A stretch of 60,241 nucleotides of DNA, counting the filler, from Stramenopiles sp. TOSAG23-3 (taxonomy: Eukaryota): assembly GCA_900128585.1 (NCBI GenBank). It is 6 parts of 6 records of this genome, joined end to end, with 100 filler letters (N's around TTAATTAATTAA, not from the genome) between each part and the next. Parts side by side here need not be neighbours in the genome. Positions count along the whole stretch, not along the records: positions 1 to 18,088 come from LT642434.1; 5 more parts are not named here. The stretch is one strand, 5' to 3'. Under the pieces are notes generated by a model. That model saw only the letters and a program-made list of their open reading frames with translations. It did not search any database and was not told the origin of the DNA. Positions 1 through 12,500 of this stretch are shown here, piece after piece (position 1 is the stretch's first letter; each line of letters starts with the position of its first letter). The translations under genes were made by a program, and so were the position numbers.

Positions 1-1
1 T

Positions 2-1243
2 AGAGTACTAGTGTGCGGGCAGCACTCTGGCGATAGCGTTACAAAGTACTTAGCGTACGAGCCTTACTGGGGGTGGTCGAACCAGCTGGAGGAATTGAAA
101 ACGATGGCGACGTTTGCAAAACTAACCAAGCGGACGCTGGTCCTGCCACGCTTTGCGCTGGGGAGAGAGTACAAAAGCAGCAACGAGTCCTATCAGCTGA
201 ATGTCAGAGACTGCGACTATGGATACGAAGACTACAAGGGATATTGCACGGACTTTGCCACCCTGATCGATGTTGAGCGCCTTCGAGAGTTTATCCCCGT
301 CATCTTGGAAAAGGACTTTCTGAAGATGAACGCAAACTCGAAACGCCTGAGCGATATCCCACGAATCTCTACGGTAAATTACGGTGTTGACTTCAGCAAC
401 AAAACCGTTCGAATGTCGAACCGGATTCGATGGGTCGATGAACACAGAAATTACTACGCGAAAGATTCAGCACAGGCTCCTGACAAGACCACGTGGTGCC
501 ACACAGGGGAACTCACCGGGGGCGTCTGCGAGCGGTCGATTTACGAACTGACGAACAGCGACTCATTGACGTACTTCTTTCCTGAGTACCACTCATTTGC
601 GGTGGCACGCATCAGAAGTAGAAGCCGCGGCAAACAATACGGGTATGACAACAACATAGCCCGCTTCATCGCCCCCTCTAAAGAAGTGAGGGAGGCTGCC
701 GAGGTGATCCGGACGAAACTGTCGGTGGACTACTACGCGGTGCACATTCGCCGAGGGGACTTCTTGACGGAGGAGTGGGCATCCAAGTTTCTTGTTGACA
801 TTGAAGAATTCACTATTTCGTTGATGAGAGACCCAGAAGTCGGGGGCAACGACCTTCGATCGGTTTACATTGCGACCGACGAAGTGGACCCAATGAAGCT
901 AATTCAGCTGCAGCTTTTGAACTCCTCCTCCCTCCCGGACTACTTTACTATCCCATCATTAAATTTCACGTTAAAGACCGGCCAACTGTTTCGCAGTTAC
1001 GTCGACCAGCAGATTTGTATTGGTGCCTTGGAATTTGTGCCGCAGAGAGGGTCCACCTTTAGCCGGTACATTCAAACCGTCCGAGACAAGCAATGGAACA
1101 TGGAAAGCCATGGCTATTCTTTAGATCGCTTCAATGCTCAGAAACGTGTGGAGAAGGAGAGGAAGAAGAAAGAGAAAGAGCTCCAAGAAGAGGCTCAGAA
1201 AGTAAAAGACAAAAGGGTGCACAGACAAATGACCGACCTCTGA
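2..1243 (+). CDS. GDP-fucose protein O-fucosyltransferase family (POFUT/O-FucT), 5'-partial
   Basis: Motifs GWSNQ...AKLTKRTLVLP, YYAVHIRRGDF, VYIATDE and VDQQICIGA..F....STFS. The frame is open back to the window start. Confidence 0.8.
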   Translation, partial: RVLVCGQHSGDSVTKYLAYEPYWGWSNQLEELKTMATFAKLTKRTLVLPRFALGREYKSSNESYQLNVRDCDYGYEDYKGYCTDFATLIDVERLREFIPVILEKDFLKMNANSKRLSDIPRISTVNYGVDFSNKTVRMSNRIRWVDEHRNYYAKDSAQAPDKTTWCHTGELTGGVCERSIYELTNSDSLTYFFPEYHSFAVARIRSRSRGKQYGYDNNIARFIAPSKEVREAAEVIRTKLSVDYYAVHIRRGDFLTEEWASKFLVDIEEFTISLMRDPEVGGNDLRSVYIATDEVDPMKLIQLQLLNSSSLPDYFTIPSLNFTLKTGQLFRSYVDQQICIGALEFVPQRGSTFSRYIQTVRDKQWNMESHGYSLDRFNAQKRVEKERKKKEKELQEEAQKVKDKRVHRQMTDL

Positions 1244-1992
1244 GAAAAGTATATAAAGACGTCCGCGTCCCTATCAAATAATCTTTTAATTCAGTACGAA
1301 CTTTTGTATAATAATCATTAAAAAACGTTTTACATAAACACAGCATCCAATATAGGGAGGTGAAGATTTACGAGAAGTAAGTATCTTTGGCGCGGAATTG
1401 GAAAATGGCAAACGACTTTGTGTTAACAATTTCAAACGAAGAGATCTTTACGAAAACAGGATAATTTTTTTAAATTTAACACATCAAAAGTATTTTCAGA
1501 TACACAAAAGTATGCCCGTACGGTTCATTTTTCTAACACACACAAAGGAATCAGAGTTTGTTCGGGCGGCGTTTGGTCTAAATCGCCCATTTCACAACAA
1601 ATTGTCCCTAGGAACCACATTTCCAAGTCATTTGAGGGCAAACAATTTATAAACGTTCGTTCAGGGGCGGACATCGCGCCAAGAGCGATCGCCTCGTGTA
1701 GACTTGTGTAGTTACGCATCCTCCTTGCTTTCTTTTGTCATTTTCTGTCCGAACGCTTCCATACTTTGAAAATCGAGTCGGATTTTTTTTCGCGCCAAGG
1801 ACATTGAACACTTTCTAAAAAAATAACGACGGTTGTCTTTGAAAGAGGAGGAAAAAAGAACATCGAATAGCATTAACTAATAATTATCGAAAAAAATGTA
1901 CAAAATCTATAAAAAAATCGAAAAGTTACCTCCTCGACGATGCTTCGGAGTTTTGTAATAAAGTAAAGAAGATTACCTTCTTCTGGCACACC

Positions 1993-3711
1993 TCAAAGCC
2001 TGGAACGAAAAGACTGAATCGCAGCTGCTTGAACTGGCAGTTCTACATCCTCTAGGTTCCACAGTGCGTCCAAGTTTTGGTCTGCTCGATCAAGCCGTTC
2101 CATGTGTTCGATGGCATTCTTGGGCTCCACCAGAGGCGCGAACAGGTTTTTTGGAACACTGAAGTTAATGCTAGGTATGATGCTCCCGTCAAAGCTGCGA
2201 GCATTTGAAGTGACGACGCCTATCAGCTTGCCCTCGTCGTCCAGTAGCATCCCGCCGCTGTCACCGCGATAGACCCGCGCGGTGGACTGGACTATCGCCG
2301 GCTCCCCGTCGAAGTACGTGACCTTCGACACAACCCCTTTTGACACACTCGGCAGAAACCCAAAGGATGGGTCAAAGATGGCATGCCCGAGGACTATTGC
2401 AGCTTGCCCCGGCAATGTTGGACCGGGCGAGAAGGTTACGGGGTGCAGCATCTCTGGATTCGGAGCCGCTATCTTTACAAGGGCCAGGTCTATCGTGTGA
2501 GTGCAAACATACACAAGCTTCGCCCTTTCCCAGCCTCCCCTGGTGCCCCCCCCACTCTTCACGATGATGCTGTACTCGCGTTTCAGCTTCAGGCTCTTGG
2601 TCAAAAAGGGGACAAACAGGTGGGCACAGGTTAGTATGTACCCACTTTTGTTCAGGACGATGCCGCTGGCCCATGACCTCCCTACCTTGATGCATGACAA
2701 AGACCGATTTGCATGTTCTAGCGCTCTGCGGGACGACTTTACAATCTCGAAACTGTTGTGGTCTCGCGGAATGCTCGAAACGGAATGGGTCGAGGCGCGC
2801 GGAAAGGTTCCCACTGTCGTGTTTCTAGAAACACCGGTCAAAAATTGTCTGTACATTTGGGGGCGACTCGTTCCAACGAAGCCCCTCTGGCGCATTTTCT
2901 TCCAGCACTTTTCGATAGGAAGAACCACGGTCAGCTCAAAACTTTCCTTCCCTGCTCCCTTACGAACGAGGCTGGGGGCGACAAGGCCTACGAGGCGCCC
3001 GTGGACGTCCGAGACCCCCCCTCCCTCACTCCCGGGGTGCAGCACGGAGTCGGTCAAGACCAACGACGGGTCGTCGTTGTTGTCTTCGTAAAATACATTG
3101 CTGACTATTCCACTGGACAAACTGTTTCGAAAGACTTTCGAGGACACCAGGCCGAACGGAGAAGACACTACAACCAAAGGATCGCCGCGGCGCAGTCCCT
3201 GTTCCACAACGTTGACTTGGCGGTGAGCAGGCCATACCAACGACATTGGGTTCCTTATTTTCAGCACGGCAATCGACGCGAAGCCGAGGTCCGACAACCG
3301 GTAGGTATCTCGCTCTAGTAACATTTGGGAAGCCACACGGGTCGCACTCGACAGTTCAAAAATACCCAAGAAATCAGCTTGGTACCAAGCCGGGGTGGTA
3401 GGGTCGAAACGACCGCCTTCTATTTTTCTGCGTTTTCTAGCCTCTTCGTGCTCGTTACTATACAGTTCCGTAGAAATTACAAGGTTCGTCCCCGCAACGA
3501 TCTCCAAAAACGGTGTAACAGTATTCCCAGGTATTAAAACCATCCCGTTACCCAACAGAACCCCTGACGCCGCCAACGTCGTGATTCCTTCATCCACCAA
3601 AACGATTTTTCTACCTTCAGTCCTGCTTTCGTCAGCAGGGCCTTCCACATGAACCAAGCACCCGTCCCACAGCATCGTTAACCTCCGCACGTACCCAACG
3701 GCCCTTGGCAA
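1993..3711 (-). CDS. TYSND1: Peroxisomal leader-peptide processing protease (DEG15/TYSND1), two trypsin-like domains
   Basis: Degenerate first domain (LHPGSEGG). Catalytic second domain (ILTCAH, DLALVK, GDSGG). C-terminal PTS1 -SRL. First ATG is at 3675. Confidence 0.85.
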   Translation of the reverse strand: MPRAVGYVRRLTMLWDGCLVHVEGPADESRTEGRKIVLVDEGITTLAASGVLLGNGMVLIPGNTVTPFLEIVAGTNLVISTELYSNEHEEARKRRKIEGGRFDPTTPAWYQADFLGIFELSSATRVASQMLLERDTYRLSDLGFASIAVLKIRNPMSLVWPAHRQVNVVEQGLRRGDPLVVVSSPFGLVSSKVFRNSLSSGIVSNVFYEDNNDDPSLVLTDSVLHPGSEGGGVSDVHGRLVGLVAPSLVRKGAGKESFELTVVLPIEKCWKKMRQRGFVGTSRPQMYRQFLTGVSRNTTVGTFPRASTHSVSSIPRDHNSFEIVKSSRRALEHANRSLSCIKVGRSWASGIVLNKSGYILTCAHLFVPFLTKSLKLKREYSIIVKSGGGTRGGWERAKLVYVCTHTIDLALVKIAAPNPEMLHPVTFSPGPTLPGQAAIVLGHAIFDPSFGFLPSVSKGVVSKVTYFDGEPAIVQSTARVYRGDSGGMLLDDEGKLIGVVTSNARSFDGSIIPSINFSVPKNLFAPLVEPKNAIEHMERLDRADQNLDALWNLEDVELPVQAAAIQSFRSRL

Positions 3712-4353
3712 ATCAAATCTTTTTCAAGCAACCACTGATTAGAAAGATAAAAGCTTAAATGTGCAACATCAAGTGAAGATGGGACCATTCTCACTGCAAA
3801 ATCTTTCTTCCTTGATTATTAGGATTATTGACAACTTACGAAACGAAAGACCGAATGTTGAATGAACGAACTCAATTAACTGTCCAACTTGATTATTTAA
3901 TAAATTACCAGAGGAGGGGGGGTGGTATGTATTTATACTACCGTACGGTAGAATAGTAATAGCGCTAGAATACTACTCTCTAATAGAACGACTAATAATT
4001 ATCCGGTAAAAAAAATACATATCACAGCATCATCGAATATTAATAATAATATCCAATTATTACATATTGTTCATACAAAGACACAACACTATTATTATTG
4101 ATGTTGTTGATGATGAGCGTGATGACGACGCAGACGACACTAAGAACAAATACGATCGAGGTTTTCTTGCAGTTTTTAGTCCTTCCTAATCATGCCATGG
4201 TCAACGATTTTCGTTTCCAGATAAATGATGTATGATTCAAATGAGAGAGAAGGTGTAGTAGAAAATTTGGCATCGTTCAAGAATCAGGACTTTATAAAAA
4301 CAATTACCCGGGGAGTGAAAACCGTCCAAGAAAGGTTTTAAAAACGGTACAGA

Positions 4354-4716
4354 ATGCCCGCAGATACGGGCAACAGTGACGCAGAGTATCATGAACATAA
4401 GAAAAAAATGAGGCACGAGAAGATTGCGAAACTGTTGGTGCAGCAGCATGCACACACGCGAACAAAAAATGTTTTTGCTAGTAATAAAGTGCCCAAAAAT
4501 TGGTCGGAAAAAGAATTGTTAAGTACAGAAAAACGAGTCCGACGTCGAGATAGCATTCATCACATTGTTACAGAAAAGTTAGAAGAGGAAGGGCCGTTAG
4601 ACGAAGTAGACCCGGTAGATGTAAAAAAAAAAAAGGAGGGCACCCTTGGGAGAGCAATGGCGACAGTCTTTGAACATATTTTCGTGTCGCCAGAAACTTT
4701 CAATGATCTTTCCTGA
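4354..4716 (+). CDS. Hypothetical charged protein, possibly the 5' part of the same gene as 4743-5360
   Basis: ATG-initiated ORF with coding-like composition. No recognisable domain. The join to the next ORF is unresolved. Confidence 0.35.
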   Translation: MPADTGNSDAEYHEHKKKMRHEKIAKLLVQQHAHTRTKNVFASNKVPKNWSEKELLSTEKRVRRRDSIHHIVTEKLEEEGPLDEVDPVDVKKKKEGTLGRAMATVFEHIFVSPETFNDLS

Positions 4717-4742
4717 CCACTATAAAGACTACCCAAGAGTCT

Positions 4743-5360
4743 GTGCAGCGAAGGGAAGTGCCCGTTGCGACATATGTAAGAAACTCCACACCTCTGACGC
4801 GGTCGTACCCAAGGCTTGGTAATACCATAAAACCAGAGGAGATTTTGGCCAGTTATTCTCGGAAAAGTAACATTGTACAAATAGCAGAGAATTTTACAGA
4901 AACAACAGCCAAGGGGAAGAAGCGTCGGAACAGGATTCTGCGCCGCCGCCACAGAGTCGACAAACATTTGGAAGCGGCCCTAAAGAACATCGAGTTCGAA
5001 ACATTTAGCCTAAGCAACGCAGAAAAGGCCATTGCATTCCCAAAAGACTTTGCAAGACCCTTTATAGGAAATTCATCGATAGGTTTACCCCCAGTAGGCA
5101 CTGTCCGCAGACGAAAGAAAAAGAAGAAACGGAAAGACACCAGGGTAGATTTAAACGCAGAATACAAGCTAAAGCACTCCACATCGCAAAAGACACTTCG
5201 GTCGCTACAGCGGGAACTATTAACAAAGTTAGAAATAGAAAAACAACAGGAAAAAGAAGAGGCTGCGAAAGAGAAAAAGCACCACCACCACCACCACCAC
5301 CACCACCACAAACAAACCTTGGGGAAGGTGGACGAGGATGAACCAATCGGCACTTTATGA
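4743..5360 (+). CDS. Hypothetical basic protein with a His10 tract
   Basis: Open frame with K/R clusters and (CAC)10 at 5280-5309. The predicted start is non-ATG, so this is probably a downstream exon or fragment. Confidence 0.4.
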   Translation: MQRREVPVATYVRNSTPLTRSYPRLGNTIKPEEILASYSRKSNIVQIAENFTETTAKGKKRRNRILRRRHRVDKHLEAALKNIEFETFSLSNAEKAIAFPKDFARPFIGNSSIGLPPVGTVRRRKKKKKRKDTRVDLNAEYKLKHSTSQKTLRSLQRELLTKLEIEKQQEKEEAAKEKKHHHHHHHHHHKQTLGKVDEDEPIGTL

Positions 5361-5816
5361 GTGTTTGCAAAAGGCTGAAACATTTCTTTTTACTAAAAAT
5401 ATTGGAGCCGAATAGATAGAGCTGCTGACAAAGGAGTTTTTTGTATACTAAGAAAGGGATATAAGTACAAAAGTAGCGAGATAAAAATAGATTAATTTTG
5501 TAACGACTCGAAATGAGAATTTTAATTACCTGAATGCTGCGTGTATGTACTGTAAAAAAAAAAGAAGAGGAGGAGGAAGAAACAAATAAATTTCTTCCCT
5601 ACTAAAATGTATAAATGAAAAAAAAAAGAAGCAGCAAGTGAACTAAGAAGGTAATAAAAAAACACGACGACATTGTTAAAACAATTAATTTTATCCCTCT
5701 TTTTGTCCAATGAAAAGGTACATTCGCAATTACGTAGAAAGTAAAACCGTGTTTAAAACTCTTTCCATAAACAAATTTACCGTGCACCACAGAGCCCTTT
5801 TGCTAATTTCTAACTG

Positions 5817-6209
5817 ATGCCAAAAAATTGCATTTCGACTGTGTTCGAACACAGCAAAAGGAAATGGGAAAACACTTCCATTGACGATTTCAATGAAGTC
5901 CTTGAAAAAGAAGGGGGCAAAACCACACTTAAGAAGCTTGATATGTTTGGAAGATTTCCTTTGATGTGGGCATTGCGTTACAATGCATCCGATAGATTGA
6001 TTGCGAAAATTATTAATATTATGGCTGAAAACGAGATGGCTCAGATAATCAAGGACCCTGATTACGAAAACATGAGATGCATGACATTTGCGCACGAGTA
6101 TAATGCATCCGCGAAGGTAATTGAGATGTTAAAGTATCCCAAAACTGCGGCTGATTTCCTGGAGACACTCCAGACCGCAGGCGAAGATGACGTTAATGTG
6201 GCACTTTAA
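5817..6209 (+). CDS. Small hypothetical protein with ankyrin-like repeats
   Basis: DMFGRFPLMWALRYNAS and DYENMRCMTFAHEYNAS resemble two degenerate ankyrin units. Confidence 0.5.
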   Translation: MPKNCISTVFEHSKRKWENTSIDDFNEVLEKEGGKTTLKKLDMFGRFPLMWALRYNASDRLIAKIINIMAENEMAQIIKDPDYENMRCMTFAHEYNASAKVIEMLKYPKTAADFLETLQTAGEDDVNVAL

Positions 6210-6270
6210 ATCTGAAACGATTTCTTAACCCTGGCCTAATTCAGTTTATCTTAGAAATTACTTATAAAGA

Positions 6271-6331
6271 AAAACAAGAAAATTGGCTGTTATTTAAGTG
6301 ATTAAATTTAGCTTCCTCATACCCTAATCCT
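6271..6331 (+). repeat. Dispersed repeat family AAAACAAGAAAATTGGCTGTTATTTAAGT, copy 1
   Basis: Near-identical copies at 36421-36668 (several, mostly inverted) and 59475-59513, on different contigs. Confidence 0.8.
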
Positions 6332-6507
6332 ATTAAAGATTCGTAACAAACTTAAATGTGATTGTAACTAAAAATTAATTGGGAGAAATTTCAGTATAAT
6401 TGTACGAAGTAGTCATATATCTTTGAGTCTTAAAACATACTATATAATTTGTTTTTTTAACTTAGAAGATATTTATGTGAAATATTTTTTGGTTTTGTTT
6501 TAAAACT

Positions 6508-9500
6508 TCAATCGTCAAGTTGGGTCAGCATCGCAACCCCTGCTTGGATCCACGTTGAAGGGTTGCAATTCGTTGGCATGTCTATCATGATAACAAAATT
6601 AGTAGAATGCCCTGTAGTAGATAATGTACCTCTTCGTTCGCTGGTCTTGTAGACAGGGCAAGAATAGACTTGCTTCTGAACCCTGTCAGAACCACGTATC
6701 GGTTTAAACCATATAGCAGGGGCTTCAGAATACAGTTTTTTGGGCTCGGAATATGTAACACATTTCTCGTCAAAGTCCCATTTAGCACCGTCAAAAAATA
6801 GTCCGTAGACGTACGCACCATCTTCTGGACCATCTTTATACTCGTTCCAGGGCTGATCTAGCGGTTCAAAGTCGTATTGCAACGCATCTATTGGGATTGT
6901 GTGTTTTCGTGCATAATTCTGCATTGTACCAGTCAGAAATGCTTGGGTGAAGTAAAATCCAGAAATCCAGAAAGATGGAGGAGCCCCATTGCTGAGCCAC
7001 TCATCAAAGAAATCCAAACGCTTCAAAAAGTCAGCAACGTAACTACCCATTGGGCACAGGGAAGGATAAGAAGCATCTAGCCACATTTTCGGCGTCTTAT
7101 TGTAAAGCAAGCCGTCTGCAACTTCTTCCAATTGTTTCGACATCACTACGACCCCTTTGACTGCCTTCATCACGTTGCTCAGGCTATCGGTAATAACCGC
7201 ATTCAACTTATTGAACCGTTCCAATTCTTGTACCAAAACGGTATTCATACTGTTTTCCCAAGTAATTTTGAACTTCTTTTGGGCAGCATACATATCGTAC
7301 AACGGCTTCATTTTAGCCAACGTTGCTTCTGCTACCATGTAAATCGTTGCTTCCGCAGACACAGTCTCAGCGCCGTCAGATTCGTCATCAGCAGACGCAG
7401 TGGTACCGCTGGTGGCCCGAATATGCAGAAGGGTCGCCAAAGACTTATTTGTTTCCTGTTCATCTTTTGCAATGTTCGCGTTTTCATGCAGGCCAAACAC
7501 TTCTGGTGCCGCGCGCAATGGCAAAGACTGAACATATTCAATAAAGTCCGACATGGACCCATCGGCAGGAGCATAATATATCCCGGACGGGGAAAATACG
7601 GAAGCGTCCCGAAGAATCGATGAATTAAAATAATTTGCAAGAATTGACGTAATTGCTCGGCGATCTTTATCGTCAGTAACACGACCACCATAGTTGCACT
7701 GGCCAATAATGTACTGCAAAGCTTCAAACGGCACCTTTCCATCGCTGTCGGTATCATCCAGAAAGAATCGCAACTGGCGAACACTAATGATAAGATCTGA
7801 TGCTGTAAATTCGTATGGTATGTTCCATCCGATGGGGCCAAATTCACATCGCTCTTGTACAATAGCGTGAAAAAAGCAGAGACCAAACACCATCTTTTTG
7901 AATGATCGCGATTGCAAGCAGCCTTCAAAAAACTCCTGTTGTGAAATTGGTTCCATACTTAGAGATCCAAGGAGATTGGCACGAATACCCTTCGGGGGTT
8001 CATTTGTGAGCTTAACTCCGTTCCTTAAAATTGCGACAGGAAAGTCATTTGAAGGATAAGAAGTGAGCCAGAGCCGAAAATTTTGATGGGTCAACTTCGG
8101 TTGCATATTCTCAACAATTTCGTCCAAGCGAGGCATCCAGCTGGGAAACAAGTGGCAATTCTGAAGAACTACCCACGAGCCTTCAATCATGGCCTCTTTC
8201 ATCATTCTCTCTGCTATTGGACCTTGTCCCTGTCCTAAAGACAAACTATCCAACCGTCGGTTTGAAACAGCAGAAAAAGTCGTTATTGCCCCTATTGGAT
8301 CGGTTCCAGGAGACAGAATGAAGACTAATGGCGTCAGGTTACTTGAGTCTTTAAACGTTGATGCTAAATCGAACGCAGGAGGTTCTGTGTACTTGTCACC
8401 ACGATACGCAGCAACGAATCGAGTCATAGCTGGAACTAATCGATCGGGACGAATACATCGAAGCAAGCACAGGAATTGGAATGGCGTCACAAGCCCACTT
8501 CCCCATAGTCCAGGTGCCTCCATCGTTTCTGGGGTCAATGCATCGTACATTTCCCTCCACTCGAGCTGAAGGTCGACAAAAGTTTCACTCAGGTCTTCTT
8601 CAACACCACTTTTTTTCAACAAGTTTGATAGATAGCATATATCTCGCCAGCTACCGACTCGCAACCACTCTGGGCAAGGATTTTCGGGCAAAGAGTCGTC
8701 CCCTCCAGCAGTGCTTCCGGCAAGCAGAAATTGCTCTTCTAAATCTGTTATTCTTGTTACCTTTTCTCCACGTAAGGCATGCATTTTGACCGTTTTTCTT
8801 TTCTGTTTCGGCTTAACTGTTCGTGGCAGTCGAACAGGGGCTGGCTCACCATTGGCTTCTGCTTCCAAATCTTCAGCCGCCTGTCTCTCCTCCTCTTCTT
8901 CACGCATTTTTTGCTCTAGTTCTCTGCGCATTTTTTCTGCCTTCGCAGCTTCGATTGCATCGTACAAATTTTTGACAATCTTCGTAGTCAAAAGAAAGGA
9001 GAACAGCAACTTGTCCTTTTCAAACAATGACTGACACACATTTCGGTAAATCGCATACGTAAAGTATTCGTTTAACTTGAATATTCGCTCTCGTATGTTC
9101 TTGCTCTGTTCACTGTCAGCAATACTTGTGACAAACTGGTTGTTGAACCACGTCAATGAATATTGGTACATTGGTTCCACGACGGATAATGATGATACAA
9201 CGAAAAACAAGATAGTCGACCGCACGGCAACAGGGATATATACTTCTCGGGCCAAGTCAATGCGGACCTCTGTTTGCTCTGCAATCGTCTGTTTCTCTGA
9301 AATTTCATCTGAAATTGTTTTGGACACAGTTAGCACATCGATAGCCGCAGAATCTTCTAAAATGTTCCCCTCTGAAGATGACAATATGTGTAAAATCTTA
9401 TCCTCAATCTCTTTCAACTTTCTCTTGTTTTCTGCACCCTCAATAATAAGTTGGTTTTTCTGCTCCTCCAGCTCTGGTTTTTCTTTTGCCACAACGATAC

Positions 9501-12500
9501 CCAACAGTTGGTCTTGAAGCCCCTCTGCCGTTATCATAAAATTAATAATGGTAACTTTGACACTTGTTTCAGGCAAATAGTGGGGATTGGCAAGCATTGT
9601 GGTCATGAAAAACCTAAATTTTTCCGAGTATTCAACGGTTTTGTCTCCCAATCGCAAACAGTTCACGCCGCCACTTTTGAAAACTTGCCGGAGCAACAAA
9701 GGTTCTAGCGACGCATCTAAAGATTCTCCAATGTTTTCAAGCAAGACAGGGTGTCCAAATTGAATGGCAGCTTCAAGAGTTCTCAAATAATTTTCTTCAG
9801 ACAATTTAATTACTTTCAGCTGGTTCTCCTTTTCCAAGTTACGAATCCACTTGTTTGCTTGGCCCTGTGGGTCTATCATCAAGGGCCAACGGCTTGATTG
9901 ACTCATAATTAAACCATTTTCGACCGAGAAGCTATCGACCGGTAACCCAGAGATGTTCCAGCTTCTAATTTTAACTGGATCACCAATTGTCGACACCAAA
10001 CTATACCCCTTTTCTCCTTCAGTAGAATAGGAAATGTTTAGTATGTCCATTTGCTGAAGCCAATTTTTGGTTATTTTTTGTCTGAATGCAGCTGTAAAAG
10101 CGCCAGAATAAGCGATTGACGCTGAAGCAATCAGCATATCCCCAACTACACGACCGAGCTGTTCACCGAGATCAATAGCATATTGCTTCCATCTGGCCTT
10201 TTCACCACCCAGGCCTCCAAGTAATTTTTCTGCTCTGTCAATTTTTTCTACACAAAGCCTCGCATTTTCTTCCAGGTCTTCCTTCTTCTGTTCCATTCGC
10301 TTTAGTTCTTGGTCGAGTGCGTCTAGTTTATCCTCAACTGCTTGTAGTTCTGCTTGTTTTAGCCGAAGACCTTTCATGACAACCTCAAGATCATCTTCTG
10401 CTTGCTTCAACGCAATTTTTTTTGGCTTAACAACTTTTGCCACACGATCGTACGACACCATTGCCCTGACCCAGCAGCATAAACCGTGGGCTGCTACTGA
10501 AGCCTTTTTTACAACGTCCGGCATAAACTCAGGTTTAGCAACGAATGGTTTTACTTTGTTGACTATTTTCTCTTCAATATTATCTTTATCGTAGTCGATC
10601 AAACGCTGAAGAAATTTGGTATCTCCGAGTAACTCCTTCTTTGCAGGCTCCCAGTAGTCCCATTGGACCTTCCCTCGATCGTCCCTGGACTTGTTCGGCT
10701 TGACTCCCATCATGTGGCATACGGCTTCCATGGTCAGCAGAACTCCTGCTGGCGGGCTTTTCATTGCCTTAACTTCAGTAATATCATTCTTACTTAAAGT
10801 ATTCAGGGCTTTCAGCGCTTTTTCAAGAATAGGCATGGCCTCAGCAAGGTCCGCCTCGCACTCAGATTTTATCGCTTGCGCTCCTTTCGCTTGCTCTGCC
10901 GCTTTTGCTTCATCTGCCGCGACAGTTTCCCGTATCACTTGAGCATCAGCAGTCTCTTTTTCTACTACAATCATCATCTCCGCAGTTTCTTTTGCTGTCT
11001 GTATTAGTTGTGGTTGCAACTCTTCGAGTTCTTCTTGCATTATCCCAACAGATTTTTCGGTTGTTTCGATCTTTTCCAATCCGACTTCATACCGCATTTT
11101 TGCGGACGAAACTTCGTTGTTTTTCCAGAGAAGCATTTCTTTAAAGGTAGTGATAAGGGATAAGTACGACGTTGGAGTCACATGATAGTGCCGTTTTAGT
11201 TGCTTCAGAAACAATGCTGACATTGTAACAGTGCTGCTATGAAAATGCATACACATCTGTACGGCACTGTTTTTTTCGTCAATTTGTGAGTCTTGCAAAA
11301 AGCTATTTGCGGTTGCCATAAGTGCGTCGTCCGGCCATACACTAAACCAATCAATCGTACAGCAATTGACAAGAGAAGGAAATTTCCGCAATCTCTCTCG
11401 AAAAGTGTCACCAATAGGACTAAATGCCAACACGACATGCAAATATCGTTTAATACGGTCAACAAAATATCCATAGAAGTCTTCTGTAGTTTGAAGATCT
11501 TTTCGCTTTTCTTTGGCCGCTGCTTTCCTTACAAGCTCCATAATTGCGCCAAGCTCGTCCGCTGCATATATATTTGGAACGTCTCCAGTGTTTAACAGAC
11601 TCGAAATATTCTCCACAAAGGTTTCATCAGTTATTTGTGTGTCACTCAACAGGAAGACGCTAGGTTGTCCTTCTCCACCAGCTGCAATCATTACGCTTTT
11701 CAAATCTTCTTGAAATTCTCCTACACCATAGCCCTTAGAAATTTCAATTTGTTTCAGTTCGTAATCACCAATAAAAGCGGCCAGCCTCGTCAAACTCTGT
11801 CTACCACTACCTCCTACACCTACAAGCAAAGCATGCCCACCAGGAGTTTTAAGAACACGCGAAATACGTGCAGTGTGTTCAACAGCAAACATAAACATGA
11901 CAAGATTCATTGGTTTTGTACTCATTGCATTGTAGTCATCTAAATAGGCCGTCATTACCCCCATGACGCTTTCTGCATCTACAGGAACTTCATCATACAA
12001 ACTTGACGCCGCTTTCGGGTTCATGAAATCCCCGTAAATAATTTGCCTAGATTCGTCAATGGTGTTTACTTTCCCGTCTTTGTTAATATCGTACATTTTA
12101 AGGCATTTGTCAAAATTACCACCAGTGGCAGCACTTAAATGTCTGTCAGCGGAAGTCCGAGCCATTTCTAAAAGTTTTGTCCTGTCCTCATCATTGACTA
12201 AACGATCGCTAAAAACTCGAAGTACTTCATGAGTCCACAACCTGGTAATTTTATTTTTGTCTTTTCCAAATTCTTTTGGACCAACCATTGTCATGCCAAA
12301 AATTACACGGGCAAAGTCGCGCAAATTGAAGGTATAGTGAGATTTGGAGGGTGTTGGGAGCAAAGAGGACATTGCAGAATCGTAAATGTGAGACGTTGCC
12401 TTCACAATTGGCCAAGCAGCTGCTTTCAGTTCTTGGGCATAACCATTTCCTAAGTGCCAATCCATTATAGTTCCAAATATCCGTTCCATAACGGAAGAAG

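Noticed and set aside
1650-1780. Possible ncRNA or small ORF in a GC-richer patch between convergent genes
   Set aside because: No recognisable snRNA, tRNA or protein motif by eye; needs an Rfam scan.
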